Shown piece by piece: positions 54,984 to 64,000 of a stretch of DNA of 64,000 nucleotides. The stretch is from an uncultured Actinomycetota bacterium (GTDB lineage: Bacteria; Actinomycetota; CALGFH01). The stretch is taken from the NCBI GenBank assembly GCA_963733175.1, contig CAVTCL010000023.1, positions 1,130-65,129 of the forward strand, written 5' to 3'. How positions within the stretch are numbered: position 1 is the stretch's first letter; each line of letters starts with the position of its first letter. The position numbers were made by a program, and so were the translations under genes. The notes under the pieces were generated by a model that worked only from the letters and a program-made list of their open reading frames with translations, did no database searches and had not been told where the DNA came from.

Positions 54984-56570
54984 CTACGGGGTGGGGGTCT
55001 CCTTGACGGTCGTGTCGGCCTCGATGTCGGCGACGTGGGTGGTGCCGTAGCCCTCGACCTGGGGGCGGCCGTGCTCGCCCCGGGTCATGGCGAACTCCTC
55101 CTCGGGGGAGAGCACCAGGCGGTTGCGGCCCGAGATGGCGAAGTAGGCGATCCCGAGCACGAAGTAGATCAGGGTCCCGTACAACCCCGGCCGGTAGTCC
55201 TCGTTGGAGTACAGCGAGATCAGCGAGACCAGCGCGATCACCCCGGCGATGCCCGCACCCCATATGCCCACCGGGCTGCGGTAGGGCCGCTCGATGTTCG
55301 GGTACTTGCGGCGCAGCAGGATGAACGACAGGCACTGCATGAAGTAGGAGATGACGGCGCCGAACACGGCCATGTTCAGCAGCGCGCCCACGACCTGCCC
55401 GGCGAAGGCGCCGCTGCCCTTGCTGCAGCTGGTAGATCAGGACGGCCAGGGCGTAGCCGACGACCGCGCCCGCGATCAGGGCGACGATGCGGGGTGTTGC
55501 GGGTGCGGGTGGGTGACCGACAGCCACTTGGGGAAGTAGCCGGCCCGCGACAGCGAGAAGGTGTTGCGGCCGTACGCGTAGATGATGGTGAAGAAGCTGG
55601 CGATCAGGCCCGTCAGCCCGATCAGGGCGAGCAGCTCGGCCGCCGTGCCGTCGCCGAAGACGGCCTTGAAGCCGTCGAACAGCGGGGTGGCCGAGGTGCC
55701 GATGCTGGCCGCGCCCCCGTCGACCCCGGTGTTGAGGAGCAGGATGCCCAGGCCGGTCACGATCAGGGTGACGAGCCCCCAGATGGTGGCCCGGGGGACG
55801 TCGCGGGCCGGGTCGTGGGACTCCTCGGCGGCCAGCGGTAGCTCCTCGATGGCCAGGTAGAACCAGATGGCGAACGGGATGGCCGGGAAGATGCCGGCGA
55901 TCCCCTTGGGCAGGAAGCTCGAGCCACCCTCCTCCGGCGGGATGTTGGTCCACAGGCTGGTGTCGAGCTTGCCCGACGCCAGCACCGAGATGAAGAAGAA
56001 GGCCAGGATCCCGAGGGCGAGGATGTTGATCACCACGGTGAACCGCATGGTGGCCTCGATGCCGATGATGTTGATCCCCACGAAGATCACGTAGAAGACC
56101 GCCCACCAGGTCACCGGGCTGTTCCACCAGGGTGAGCCGACGATGTCGAACAGCCCGGCCATGATGTCGTGCATCAGGAAGCCCATGGCGCTCACCACCA
56201 CGGCCGGGGTGATCACGTACTCCATGTTCTCGGCCAGCCCGGTGATGAACCCGCCCCAGGGCCCCATGGCCGAGCGGGCGAAGGAGTAGGCCCCGCCGGT
56301 GTGGGGCAGGGCCGGCGACATCTCGGCGATGCTGAAGCACAGGCCGAAGTACATGATCGTGATGACCACCGTCGCGATCAGCAGCCCGCCGAACCCGCCG
56401 GCGTCGAGCCCCAGGTTCCACCCGTAGAAGTCGCCCGAGATGACGGCCGCCACCCCCAGCGACCACAGCGACCAGAAGGCCGCGTGCCGCCGGAGCGTGC
56501 GTTTGCCGAAGTAGTCCTCGCCGGCCTCCTCGTAGCTCACCGAGCCGACTCGGCGTCGTTCCTGAGCCAC
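54984..56570 (-). pseudogene. eat: ethanolamine permease (APC superfamily), frame broken at ~55490 and ~55425
   Basis: ORF 55476..56630 (..SRAGYFPKWLSV), a short middle piece TPRIVALIAGAVVGYALAVLIYQLQQ in a third frame, then ORF 54984..55391 (GALLNMAVFGAVISYFMQ...). GTG 56570 after AAGGGGG is preferred as the start. Confidence 0.8.
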
Positions 56571-56617
56571 GCCGCAACCCCCTTGTCTGCTCGACAGCGG
56601 CCCTGGCCGCGTCGGGA

Positions 56618-56706
56618 AGTTGTCTGACATTACTTGACGCTGGGCGGATGGTAAGGGGGTGTTCGTACCGAGTCAAGCTCCTTGACCCTGGCTGAGTTGT
56701 CTGACG
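56618..56706. promoter_or_regulatory. repeated GTTGTCTGAC motifs (putative GntR/HutC operators) and candidate promoter
   Basis: AGTTGTCTGACAT (56618-56630, contains palindrome TGTC-T-GACA) and AGTTGTCTGACGT (56694-56706). The second lies between TTGACC (56682) and TATACT (~56707), about 10 nt before the gntR ATG. Confidence 0.4.
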
Positions 56707-56722
56707 TATACTCCTCGCCAGA

Positions 56723-57490
56723 ATGCAGAGGCCACAACGGGGAACCGGGGCGCGACCACGGCTGCGCTCGGTCTCGGTCCAGGACGAGCTCAGGCAGCGG
56801 ATCGACCGGGGAGAGCTCCCCGCCGGGACCCGCCTGCCCTCCGAGCCGGAGCTGGCCGCCGAGCTCCAGGTGTCGCGGGCGACCCTGCGCGAGGCCCTCC
56901 GGGCGATGGAGCTCGAGGGCCTGCTCCGGCGCCGCCAGGGCTCGGGCACCTTCGTCGCCTCCCATCCCCGCATGGCCAACAGCCTGGACGTGAACTTCGG
57001 GGTCACCGACGCCATCCGGGCCGCCGGCATGACCGCCGGGATCGCCCACCGGCGGCACTGGGTGGAGCCGGCCTCGCCCGGCGAGGCGGCCCTGCTGGAG
57101 CTGGAGCCGGGCCAGGACGTGCTGGTGATCGAGCGGGTGCGCACCGCCGAGGGCAAGCCGGTGGTGCTGTCGCGCGACCTGTTCCCCAGCCGGCTGGTCG
57201 CCGGCCACCCCCAGGCCGTCGAGGCGATGCTGGAACGTTCGATCTACGACGTGCTGGAGCGCGACCTCGGCATCGTCATCCACCACGGCGTGGCCCGGTT
57301 CCGGCCGGTGCGGGCCGACCACAGCGTCGCCGGGCGCCTGGGCGTGCCCCGCGGCGAGCTGCTGCTCTACCTGTGGCAGGTCGACTACGCCCAGGACGGC
57401 ACCCCGGTGATCTCCTCGCACGAGTTCCATCTGGCCGACGCGTTCGACTTCACCGTCGTCCGGCGGGGCCCCGGAAGGAGGCTCACATGA
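56723..57490 (+). CDS. GntR-family (HutC subfamily, UTRA domain) transcriptional regulator
   Basis: HTH LPSEPELAAELQVSRATLREALRAMELEGLL and a UTRA-like C-terminus. The stop overlaps the next start (ATGA). Confidence 0.85.
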   Translation: MQRPQRGTGARPRLRSVSVQDELRQRIDRGELPAGTRLPSEPELAAELQVSRATLREALRAMELEGLLRRRQGSGTFVASHPRMANSLDVNFGVTDAIRAAGMTAGIAHRRHWVEPASPGEAALLELEPGQDVLVIERVRTAEGKPVVLSRDLFPSRLVAGHPQAVEAMLERSIYDVLERDLGIVIHHGVARFRPVRADHSVAGRLGVPRGELLLYLWQVDYAQDGTPVISSHEFHLADAFDFTVVRRGPGRRLT

Positions 57491-58338
57491 CCAGTCAGGC
57501 GGCGACCACCCAGGTGGGCACCGCGATGCGCCTCAAGCGGGTGATCGACCCGGCCGGGGTCTCGATCATCTGCGCCCTCGACCACGGCATGACCTCGCCG
57601 ACGTTCCTGGAGCCGCTGGCCGCCATCGGCGCCCGCACCGCCGAGGTGGTGGCCGGCGGGGCCAACGTCATCATGATGTCCAAGGGCATGATCCGGCTGG
57701 CCGAACCCGCGTTCTCGCCGACGACCTCGCTGGCCCTGCTGCTGTCGGCCTCGGCCAACCCGGCCGACCCCCAGCCCGAGGTGATCCAGATCGCCCAGGT
57801 GGAGGAGGCCGTCCGCCTCGGGGCCGACGCCGTGGTGCTGTTCACGGCGCTGGGCGGCGACACCGAGGCGGGGATGATCCGCACCCTGGCCGGGGTGGGC
57901 CGCGAGTGCGCCGCCATGGGGATGCCGCTGATCGCCGAGGCCGAGTTCCCCACCACCTACGCCGCCGTCGAGCAGCTCAAGGAGCAGTACGGCTTCGAGT
58001 ACCTGCGGCGCAACGTGCGGCTCTGCGCCGAGCTCGGGGCCGACATCGTCAAGACGAACTGGCCGGGCGACGGGGACTCCTTCGCCCGCCTGGTGGAGGC
58101 GGCCGCCGGCATCCCGCTGGTGCTGGCCGGCGGCTCCCGCCTCGGCGACCGGGAGCTGCTCCAGCGGATGGAGACGGCCACCGCGGCCGGCGGCATCGGC
58201 TGCTCGGTGGGCCGGAACATCTTCATGCACCGTTCCCCCGAGGCGATCACCCGGGCCCTGTCCAGGGTGATCCGGGAACGCTGGAGCGCCGACAAGGCCT
58301 TCGACGAGCTCCAGGAGACGGCGCCGGAGGGCGCGGTC
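57487..58338 (+). CDS. class I (DhnA/FbaB/LsrF-type) aldolase domain, no stop before the next domain
   Basis: ALDHGMTS, IVKTNWPG (Schiff-base Lys), GCSVGRNIF. It reads through in frame into the dehydrogenase (single ORF 57373..59391). Confidence 0.7.
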
Positions 58339-59391
58339 GTGAGGGCGGCGTTCATGACCGACCGCAACGCGGTGGAGGTCCGCGAGGTCGACGAGCCGGC
58401 CCTCGACCCGCGCGGGGCCATCCTGCGCGTGGAGGCCTGCGGGATCTGCGGGACCGACGCCCGGACCTTCTTCAACGGCGACCCGCGGGCGCCGGCCCCC
58501 TGGGTCCTCGGCCACGAGCCGGTCGGGGTCCTGGAGCGGGTCGGGCCGGACGCCACGCTGCCGGAGGGGGTGGAGGCCGGGGGGCGGGTGTTCCTCGGCT
58601 CGATCCTCACCTGCGGCCAGTGCCGCCAGTGCCTCGACGGCCGCCAGAACCTCTGCGAGCACCACCTGCTGTACGGCTTCGACCCCTTCCCCGGGGCCTA
58701 CGCCGACCTGGCCGCCGTGCCCCCGATCGCCGTCAAGAACCTCATCCCGCTCCCGCCCGACCTGCCGTCGGAGCTGGCCACGGTGGTGGACCCGTTCGCC
58801 TGCGCCCTCAACGGCATCGAGGTCCTCGAGGTCGGCCTGGGCGACACCGTGCTGATCCTCGGCTCCGGCCCGATCGGCTGCTGGCAGGCGGTCATGGCCC
58901 GCGACCGCGGGGCCGGCAAGGTGTTCCTGTGCGACGTCAACCGCCAGCGCCTGGAGCTGGCCCTGGAGGCGGTGGGCGGGTTCGTGGACGACGCCTGGGA
59001 GGCCGGCGAGGACAACGGCCTGGCCGGCCTGCTGGAGCGGACCGGCGGTGGGGGAGCCGAGCGGATCAGCGTGGCCGCGCCCTCCAAGCAGGCCCAGCAG
59101 GCGGCCCTGGAGATGGCCGCCAAGCGGGCCCGGGTGGTCTACTTCGCCGGCCTGCCCAAGCACGACCCGGTGAGCCCGCTCGACATGAACCAGCTCCACT
59201 ACAAGGAGCTGGCCATCCTCGGCGCCTACGGGGCCACCCACCGCCAGTACCGGCTCACCATGGACTACCTCAACCGGCGCCGGACCGAGCTGGCGCCGGT
59301 CGTCACCCACCAGTTCCCCCTGGACAAGATCGGCGAGGCGTTCGAGACCATCCGGTCCGGGGCCGGCCTGAAGATGGTGGTGGTGCCGTGA
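58339..59391 (+). CDS. zinc-type MDR alcohol/polyol dehydrogenase (separate start possible at GTG 58339)
   Basis: CGICGTD, GHEPVG, CGQCRQCLDGRQNLC structural-zinc loop, GSGPIGC Rossmann. GGAGG lies 8 nt upstream of GTG 58339. Confidence 0.8.
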   Translation: MRAAFMTDRNAVEVREVDEPALDPRGAILRVEACGICGTDARTFFNGDPRAPAPWVLGHEPVGVLERVGPDATLPEGVEAGGRVFLGSILTCGQCRQCLDGRQNLCEHHLLYGFDPFPGAYADLAAVPPIAVKNLIPLPPDLPSELATVVDPFACALNGIEVLEVGLGDTVLILGSGPIGCWQAVMARDRGAGKVFLCDVNRQRLELALEAVGGFVDDAWEAGEDNGLAGLLERTGGGGAERISVAAPSKQAQQAALEMAAKRARVVYFAGLPKHDPVSPLDMNQLHYKELAILGAYGATHRQYRLTMDYLNRRRTELAPVVTHQFPLDKIGEAFETIRSGAGLKMVVVP

Positions 59392-60910
59392 CCGGGCCGT
59401 ACGTGATCGGCTGCGACGTCGGCAGCCAGGGCACCAACGCCGCCCTGTACGCCGCCGACGGCCGCCTGGTGGCCTCGGCGTACGAGGCCTACGACGTCGC
59501 CTTCCCCCATCCCGGCTGGGCCGAGCAGGACCCGAGGCTGTGGACCGCGGCCCTGCACGCCAGCATCGCCCGGGTGCTGGCCGAGGTGCCGGAGGGCCCG
59601 GCGGCGGTCGACGGCGCTGTCGTTCGGGTCGCAGCTGGACGGGATGGTGGTGTGCGACGCCAAGGGCGAGCCGCTGCGCCCGGCGATGATCTGGATGGAC
59701 CGGCGGGCCGAGCCGCAGGCGGCCGCCGTCGCCGGCAAGCTGGCGCCGGCCGACTTCTACCACCACACCGGGGCCAACCTGGACTCCTCGCACGCGGTGT
59801 TCAAGGCCCTGTGGGTCCGCGACGAGGAGCCCGAGGTCTTCGCCGAGGCCGCCCACCTCATGCCGCCGGGGTCCTATGTGCTGCGCGAGGCCGCCGGGGT
59901 GCTGGCCGTCGACTGGTCCAACGCCTCCTCGCTGGCCCTGCTCGACCCGCGCACCCGGGCCTGGTCGGCGCCGGTGCTGGACGCCGTCGGGGTCGAGGAG
60001 GCGATGCTCCCCGAGCTCGCCGCCGGGACCCAGGCCGTCGGGCCGGTCACGCAGGGCCTTCGCCGAGCGCACCGGCCTGTCGCCGGGCACGGTGGTGGTG
60101 GTCGGCTGCGGGGACGAGATGGCGGCCACCCTCGGCGCCGGGGTGTTCGCCCCCGGCGAGGTGTGCGACGTCGTCGGCACCGCCGAGCCGGTCTGCGCCG
60201 CCTCGGCGGAGCCGGGCGAGGACCCGGCCATGCTGGTCGAGTGCCACCCCCACGCCGACCCCGACGTCTGGCTGCTGGAGAACCCCGGGTTCGTCTCCGG
60301 CGGCAACCTGCGCTGGTGGCGGGACCAGTTCGCGCCCCTGGAGCGGGCCGCGGAGGCCAGCGGGCAGGGCGACGCCTACGACCTGCTGACCGGCCCGGCG
60401 GCCGAGGTCCCCCCAGGGGCCGAGGGGCTGGTCTTCCTGCCCTGCATGCAGGGCGCGATGGCCCCCGAGTGGAACGGGGCCGCCCGCGGGGTCTTCTACG
60501 GCCTCACCCTCGCCCACACCAGGGCCCACATGACCAGGGCCCTGCTGGAGGGCAGCGCGTACGCCCTGCGCGACATCCTCGAGGGCATGGGCGCCGCCGG
60601 CCTGGACGTCCGCCGCCTCACGATCGTCGGCGGCGGCGCCAAGGGCCCCCTGTGGCGCCAGATCAAGGCCGACGTCACCGGCCTCCCGGTCCGGGTCCCG
60701 ACCAGCGTCGAGACCACCGCCACCGGCGCCGCCATCCTGGCCGCGGTCGGCGCCGGGGTCCACCCCAGCGTCGCCGACGCCGTGGCCGCCTTCGTCGCCT
60801 ACCAGCCCGACGAGCACGTCCCCGACCCCGAGACCCACCAGCGCTACGACGACGCCTACCGCCGCTACCGCGACGTCTACTTCGCCCTCAAGCCGGTGTT
60901 CGAGGGCTGA
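59388..60910 (+). pseudogene. FGGY-family carbohydrate kinase (xylulokinase-like), frame broken at ~59612 and ~60053
   Basis: GTG overlaps the upstream stop (GTGA). VIGCDVGSQGTNAAL, then ALSFGSQLDGMVVCD...MIWMDRRA (ORF 59644..), then AFAERTGLSPGTVVVVGCGDEMAATLGAG...IVGGGAKGPLWRQI (ORF 59876..60910). Confidence 0.8.
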
Positions 60911-61213
60911 GCCGCGCGGAGTGCCTGCGCGAGGTGGTGGTGGCTGCGAGCCAGGGCCAGGGGCTCACCGAGGCGAGGTGCCAAGGTGCGCCTGGCCACA
61001 AGGAAGGGTCGCCGAGCGCTGGCGAGCGACTCGCCAGGCCTGGAGTGCGGCGGCCGTGAAGCGGCCGACGGGTCGACCCGCCTGGCGGCGGCGGGGGACG
61101 GCGTGGAGCAGGCGCGCCGTGGGCTCGCCGACCACCACCCGACGCCGGCCTGACGCGACACCGGGTAGATTCTCCGCTGCGAGCCCAGGGGGGCGACGAG
61201 GCGGGGAGGACAG

Positions 61214-62269
61214 ATGCGGTATCGGCAGCTTGGGGCGTCCGGCCTGCGGGTCTCGGTCCTGACCATGGGCACCATGACCTTCGGCGGCACGGGCGGGTTC
61301 GCCAGCGTCGGGTCGACCAGCCTGGAGGAGGCCCGGCGGCAGGTCGACCGGTGCCTGGAGGCGGGGGTCAACCTGATCGACACCGCCAACGTCTACTCCG
61401 ACGGGCTGTCGGAGGAGATCCTCGGCCAGGTCCTCGAGGGCCGCCGCGACGAGGTGCTCGTGGCCACCAAGGCGCGGATGCCGATGGGCGACGGTCCCAA
61501 CGACGCCGGGCTGTCACGCCACCATCTCATCACCCAGTGCGAGGCCAGCCTGCGGCGGCTGCGGACCGACCGCATCGACCTGTACCAGGTGCACGAGTGG
61601 GACGGCCAGACGCCGCTGTCCGAGACCCTGGAGGCCCTGGACGACCTGGTCCACGCGGGCAAGGTCCGCTATGTGGGCTGCTCCAACTACGCCGGCTGGC
61701 AGCTGATGAAGGCGCTGGGCGTGGCCGAGCGGCGGGGGCTGGCCCGGTTCTGCAGCCAGCAGATCCACTACACGCTGCAGGCCCGCGAGGCCGAGTACGA
61801 GCTGGTGCCGATCGCCATCGACCAGGGCCTCGGGCTGCTGGTCTGGAGCCCGCTGGCCGGCGGGCTGCTGAGCGGCAAGTACCGCCGCGGCCAGCCGGGC
61901 CCGGAGACCTCGCGGCTGCTGGCCGGCTGGGACGAGCCTCCCGTCCATGACCAGGACAAGCTCTACGACATCGTCGAGGTGCTGGTGGAGGTGGCCTCCA
62001 GACGCGGCGCCTCCCCGGCCCAGGTGGCGCTGGCCTGGCTGCTGGAGCGGCCGGCGGTGACCTCGGTGATCATCGGCGCCCGCACCAGCGAGCAGCTGGC
62101 CGACAACCTGGGCGCGGCCGATCTGTCGCTGACCACCGACGAGCTGGCCCGCCTGGAGGAGGTCAGCCGGCCGCCGCTGCCGTACCCCTTCTGGCACCAG
62201 GCCAAGACCGCCGCCGACCGGCTCGGCCCGGCCGACCTGTCGCTTCTCGGCCCCCACCTGGCCGGATGA
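61214..62269 (+). CDS. aldo/keto reductase
   Basis: MRYRQLGASGLRVSVLTMGTMTFGG, IDTANVY, LVATK, DLYQVHEWD, GCSNY. Confidence 0.85.
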   Translation: MRYRQLGASGLRVSVLTMGTMTFGGTGGFASVGSTSLEEARRQVDRCLEAGVNLIDTANVYSDGLSEEILGQVLEGRRDEVLVATKARMPMGDGPNDAGLSRHHLITQCEASLRRLRTDRIDLYQVHEWDGQTPLSETLEALDDLVHAGKVRYVGCSNYAGWQLMKALGVAERRGLARFCSQQIHYTLQAREAEYELVPIAIDQGLGLLVWSPLAGGLLSGKYRRGQPGPETSRLLAGWDEPPVHDQDKLYDIVEVLVEVASRRGASPAQVALAWLLERPAVTSVIIGARTSEQLADNLGAADLSLTTDELARLEEVSRPPLPYPFWHQAKTAADRLGPADLSLLGPHLAG

Positions 62270-62826
62270 CCCCGGACCGGACAGCCCCCCGTCGCCACAG
62301 CTTGCCCGTCGCGGCGCTGATCCTGCTCGTGGGCGTGACCGTTGGCGGGTGCGGCGGCTCCGACGAGCCCGGTGGGGCGGGCGGGGCGCCGGCCACCACC
62401 ACCGCGCCCGCGTCCACCGCGGGCGCTCCGGCCACCAGCGAGCCGGCCGTGCTCGCCGACGGCCGCCACCCCGTCTACCTCAAGACCGTCGACCCGGGCC
62501 AGCAGACCATCACCTTCGACCTGATCCAGTTCTTCACCGGGGAGGCCGCCACCAAGGCGGCGGCCGAGGACGGCGAGGAGTCCCCGCCGCCCAACGACTA
62601 CTACATCCGCAACGTGAACCCCCGGCTGCGGACCCTGCCGGTGCGGTCCGGCGCGCCGATCACGGTGAACGTGCTCGCCGCCGGGTCCACCGGCAGCGCC
62701 ACCAAGGACGTCTCGGTGACCATGGCCGAGCTGGCCAGCTACTTCCCGAACTCCGGGACGGCCCCGTTCTGGATCACCGTGGACCAGGGCCAGGTCACCG
62801 GGATCGCCCAGCAGTTCCTGCCGTAG
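62266..62826 (+). CDS. lipoprotein of unknown function
   Basis: Signal/lipobox LLVGVTVGGC and a low-complexity linker followed by a ~120-aa globular part. ATGA overlap with the reductase stop. Confidence 0.6.
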   Translation: MTPDRTAPRRHSLPVAALILLVGVTVGGCGGSDEPGGAGGAPATTTAPASTAGAPATSEPAVLADGRHPVYLKTVDPGQQTITFDLIQFFTGEAATKAAAEDGEESPPPNDYYIRNVNPRLRTLPVRSGAPITVNVLAAGSTGSATKDVSVTMAELASYFPNSGTAPFWITVDQGQVTGIAQQFLP

Positions 62827-62841
62827 GGCGTCGAACGCCGG

Positions 62842-63783
62842 TCACGGTGTGCGTGGCCAGGGCAGCGGGGGAAGGCGGAGGCGGGGGAGCGGGGAGTCGA
62901 CCCGGCCGAAGCGCGGGTCATCGGAGCGCCACTGGCCGGCGGCGGTGATGATCTCCTCACGGGTCCGGGCGACGAAGTTCCACCACATCAGGATGGGCTC
63001 GGCGAACGGCTCGCCGCCCAGCAGGAGCACCCGGGCCGGGTCGACGGCCGACAGCTCGACCTGGTCGCGGCCGCGGCCCAGGTAGGCCAGCTGCCCAGGC
63101 CGGACCGGCTCCCCCTGCACCCTGGCCCGGCCGTCGAGCACGACCAGGGCGTACTCGAACGCCGGCTCCAGCGGCCAGGCGCTGCTCCCCGGGCGCAGCG
63201 CCCCGTCCACCCCGACCAGCGGGCTGTCGCGCCGGGCCGGGGAGGCGGCGCCGGCGAAGCCGCCGACCAGCACGGTCCCGACGGCGTTGTCCAGCTCGAC
63301 CCGGGGGAGCTCGGCGTGGTGCTCGAAGGCGGCGTCGCCGTGACGGGTCCGCTCGGGCTGGGCGACCCAGAGCTGGACGCCGTGCAGGCTGCCGCGGTAG
63401 CGGCCGGTCGCCTCCTCGGAGTGGGCGACGCCGTGCCCGGCGGTCATGAGGTTCAGCTGGCCGGCGCGGATGAGCTGTTCGGTGCCGAGGCTGTCGCGGT
63501 GCAGCGCCTCACCCGACAGCAGCCAGGTGACGGTCTGGAGCCCGGTGTGGGGGTGGGGGCCGATGTCGAGGCCGGCGGTCTCGGTCACCAGCGCCGGGCC
63601 CATGTGGTCGGCGAAGCACCAGGGCCCGACGGTGCGCCGCTCCCGGCGCGGAAGCGCCCGCCGCACCGGCATCCGGCCGACGTCGGCCAGCCGGCTGGTG
63701 GTGATCTCGACGCAGGCCGCCGCGACCGCGCCCGCCTCCGCCTCGGCGGGGGGCGCGTCAGCGGTGCCGACCGGGCCGCTCAT
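62842..63783 (-). CDS. pirin family protein
   Basis: GPHPHTGLQTVTWLLSGEALHRDSLG, MTAGHGVAHSE and a bicupin layout. Confidence 0.85.
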   Translation of the reverse strand: MSGPVGTADAPPAEAEAGAVAAACVEITTSRLADVGRMPVRRALPRRERRTVGPWCFADHMGPALVTETAGLDIGPHPHTGLQTVTWLLSGEALHRDSLGTEQLIRAGQLNLMTAGHGVAHSEEATGRYRGSLHGVQLWVAQPERTRHGDAAFEHHAELPRVELDNAVGTVLVGGFAGAASPARRDSPLVGVDGALRPGSSAWPLEPAFEYALVVLDGRARVQGEPVRPGQLAYLGRGRDQVELSAVDPARVLLLGGEPFAEPILMWWNFVARTREEIITAAGQWRSDDPRFGRVDSPLPRLRLPPLPWPRTP

Positions 63784-63830
63784 CGCCTCACTCTGGGGTT
63801 GCCGTGGTGCCGATGTCCAGCAGCGGGTCG

Positions 63831-64000
63831 CTAGTCCACCGCCGCTGCCGGGCGTAGCGGGGCGCCGACGGCATGGAGATGGCGGATGGCCTGGGCGTAG
63901 GAGCCGAGGAGGCTGGCCTCGGCATAGGGCAGGCCGTGCTGGGCGCAGAACGCCCGCACCAGCGGCTGGGCGTGGCGCAGGTTCGGCCTGGGCATGTTCG
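63831..64000 (-). CDS. hypothetical protein, 3' end only (gene starts beyond the right edge)
   Basis: High-GC3 frame ...PRPNLRHAQPLVRAFCAQHGLPYAEASLLGSYAQAIRHLHAVGAPLRPAAAVD* ending at 63831-63833. Family not recognised. Confidence 0.35.
   Translation of the reverse strand, partial: NMPRPNLRHAQPLVRAFCAQHGLPYAEASLLGSYAQAIRHLHAVGAPLRPAAAVD

Noticed and set aside
57385-60306. 973-aa minus-strand ORF; the same applies to 36825..39323 and 30687..32468
   Set aside because: These are shadow ORFs opposite motif-rich genes (aldolase/ADH/kinase; APH/sulfite oxidase; LtrA/sortase).
60911-61213. Possible small gene or remnant in the 300-bp gap before the aldo-keto reductase (ORFs 60921..61262 + and 60877..61389 -)
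   Set aside because: No frame gives a convincing protein-like sequence or a start with a ribosome-binding site. I left it as intergenic and possibly decayed sequence.

Overview
This is a very GC-rich, actinobacterial-type chromosomal segment (GC3-saturated codons, GGAGG-type ribosome-binding sites, GTG/TTG starts, many 4-nt start/stop overlaps). I can support about 55 protein-coding loci. I see no rRNA, tRNA or CRISPR array.

Gene content from left to right:
- An RCK-gated K+ channel.
- A co-directional gene string: cNMP-binding protein, then a zinc-ribbon / class III cyclase / STAND ATPase / TPR protein, then PEP carboxylase, an RsmF-like methyltransferase, a Zur-like regulator, and a Tro/Znu-type metal ABC importer with a Zur-box-like site upstream.
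- Adenylate kinase plus a cupin.
- A glycerol dehydrogenase / Gfo-Idh-MocA / TIM-barrel isomerase block. It is interrupted by a lower-GC island (patatin-like lipase plus an ISL3 insertion sequence) next to a decayed MDR dehydrogenase.
- YihY/BrkB, an M6 InhA-like metalloprotease, a TetR-controlled acyl-CoA ligase, G6PDH and LtrA.
- A class F sortase with an internally repeated lipoprotein.
- An epimerase plus a CopB-type P1B ATPase, an APH-like kinase, a sulfite-oxidase-like Mo enzyme and a membrane adenylate cyclase.
- A PLP enzyme, an EamA exporter and an MBL hydrolase.
- A DUF222/HNH remnant sitting inside a 296-bp duplication.
- A polytopic patatin-like phospholipase.
- Cupin, PPOX and FAD monooxygenase genes.
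- A tandem-SLATT membrane protein convergent with a GAF + TIR-like protein.
- LPXTG and CBM surface proteins and an ethanolamine permease.
- A GntR / aldolase / dehydrogenase / FGGY-kinase operon.
- An aldo-keto reductase, a lipoprotein and a pirin.

My best candidate for an undescribed conflict/defence module is the SLATT plus GAF-TIR-like pair at 51355-53523. The SLATT gene is broken by a 53-bp tandem duplication.

A striking global feature is that about sixteen otherwise well-conserved genes have broken reading frames, mostly at short G/C runs. Either the assembly is indel-prone or the genome carries many pseudogenes.

All family assignments come from motif recognition by eye. No searches were run.
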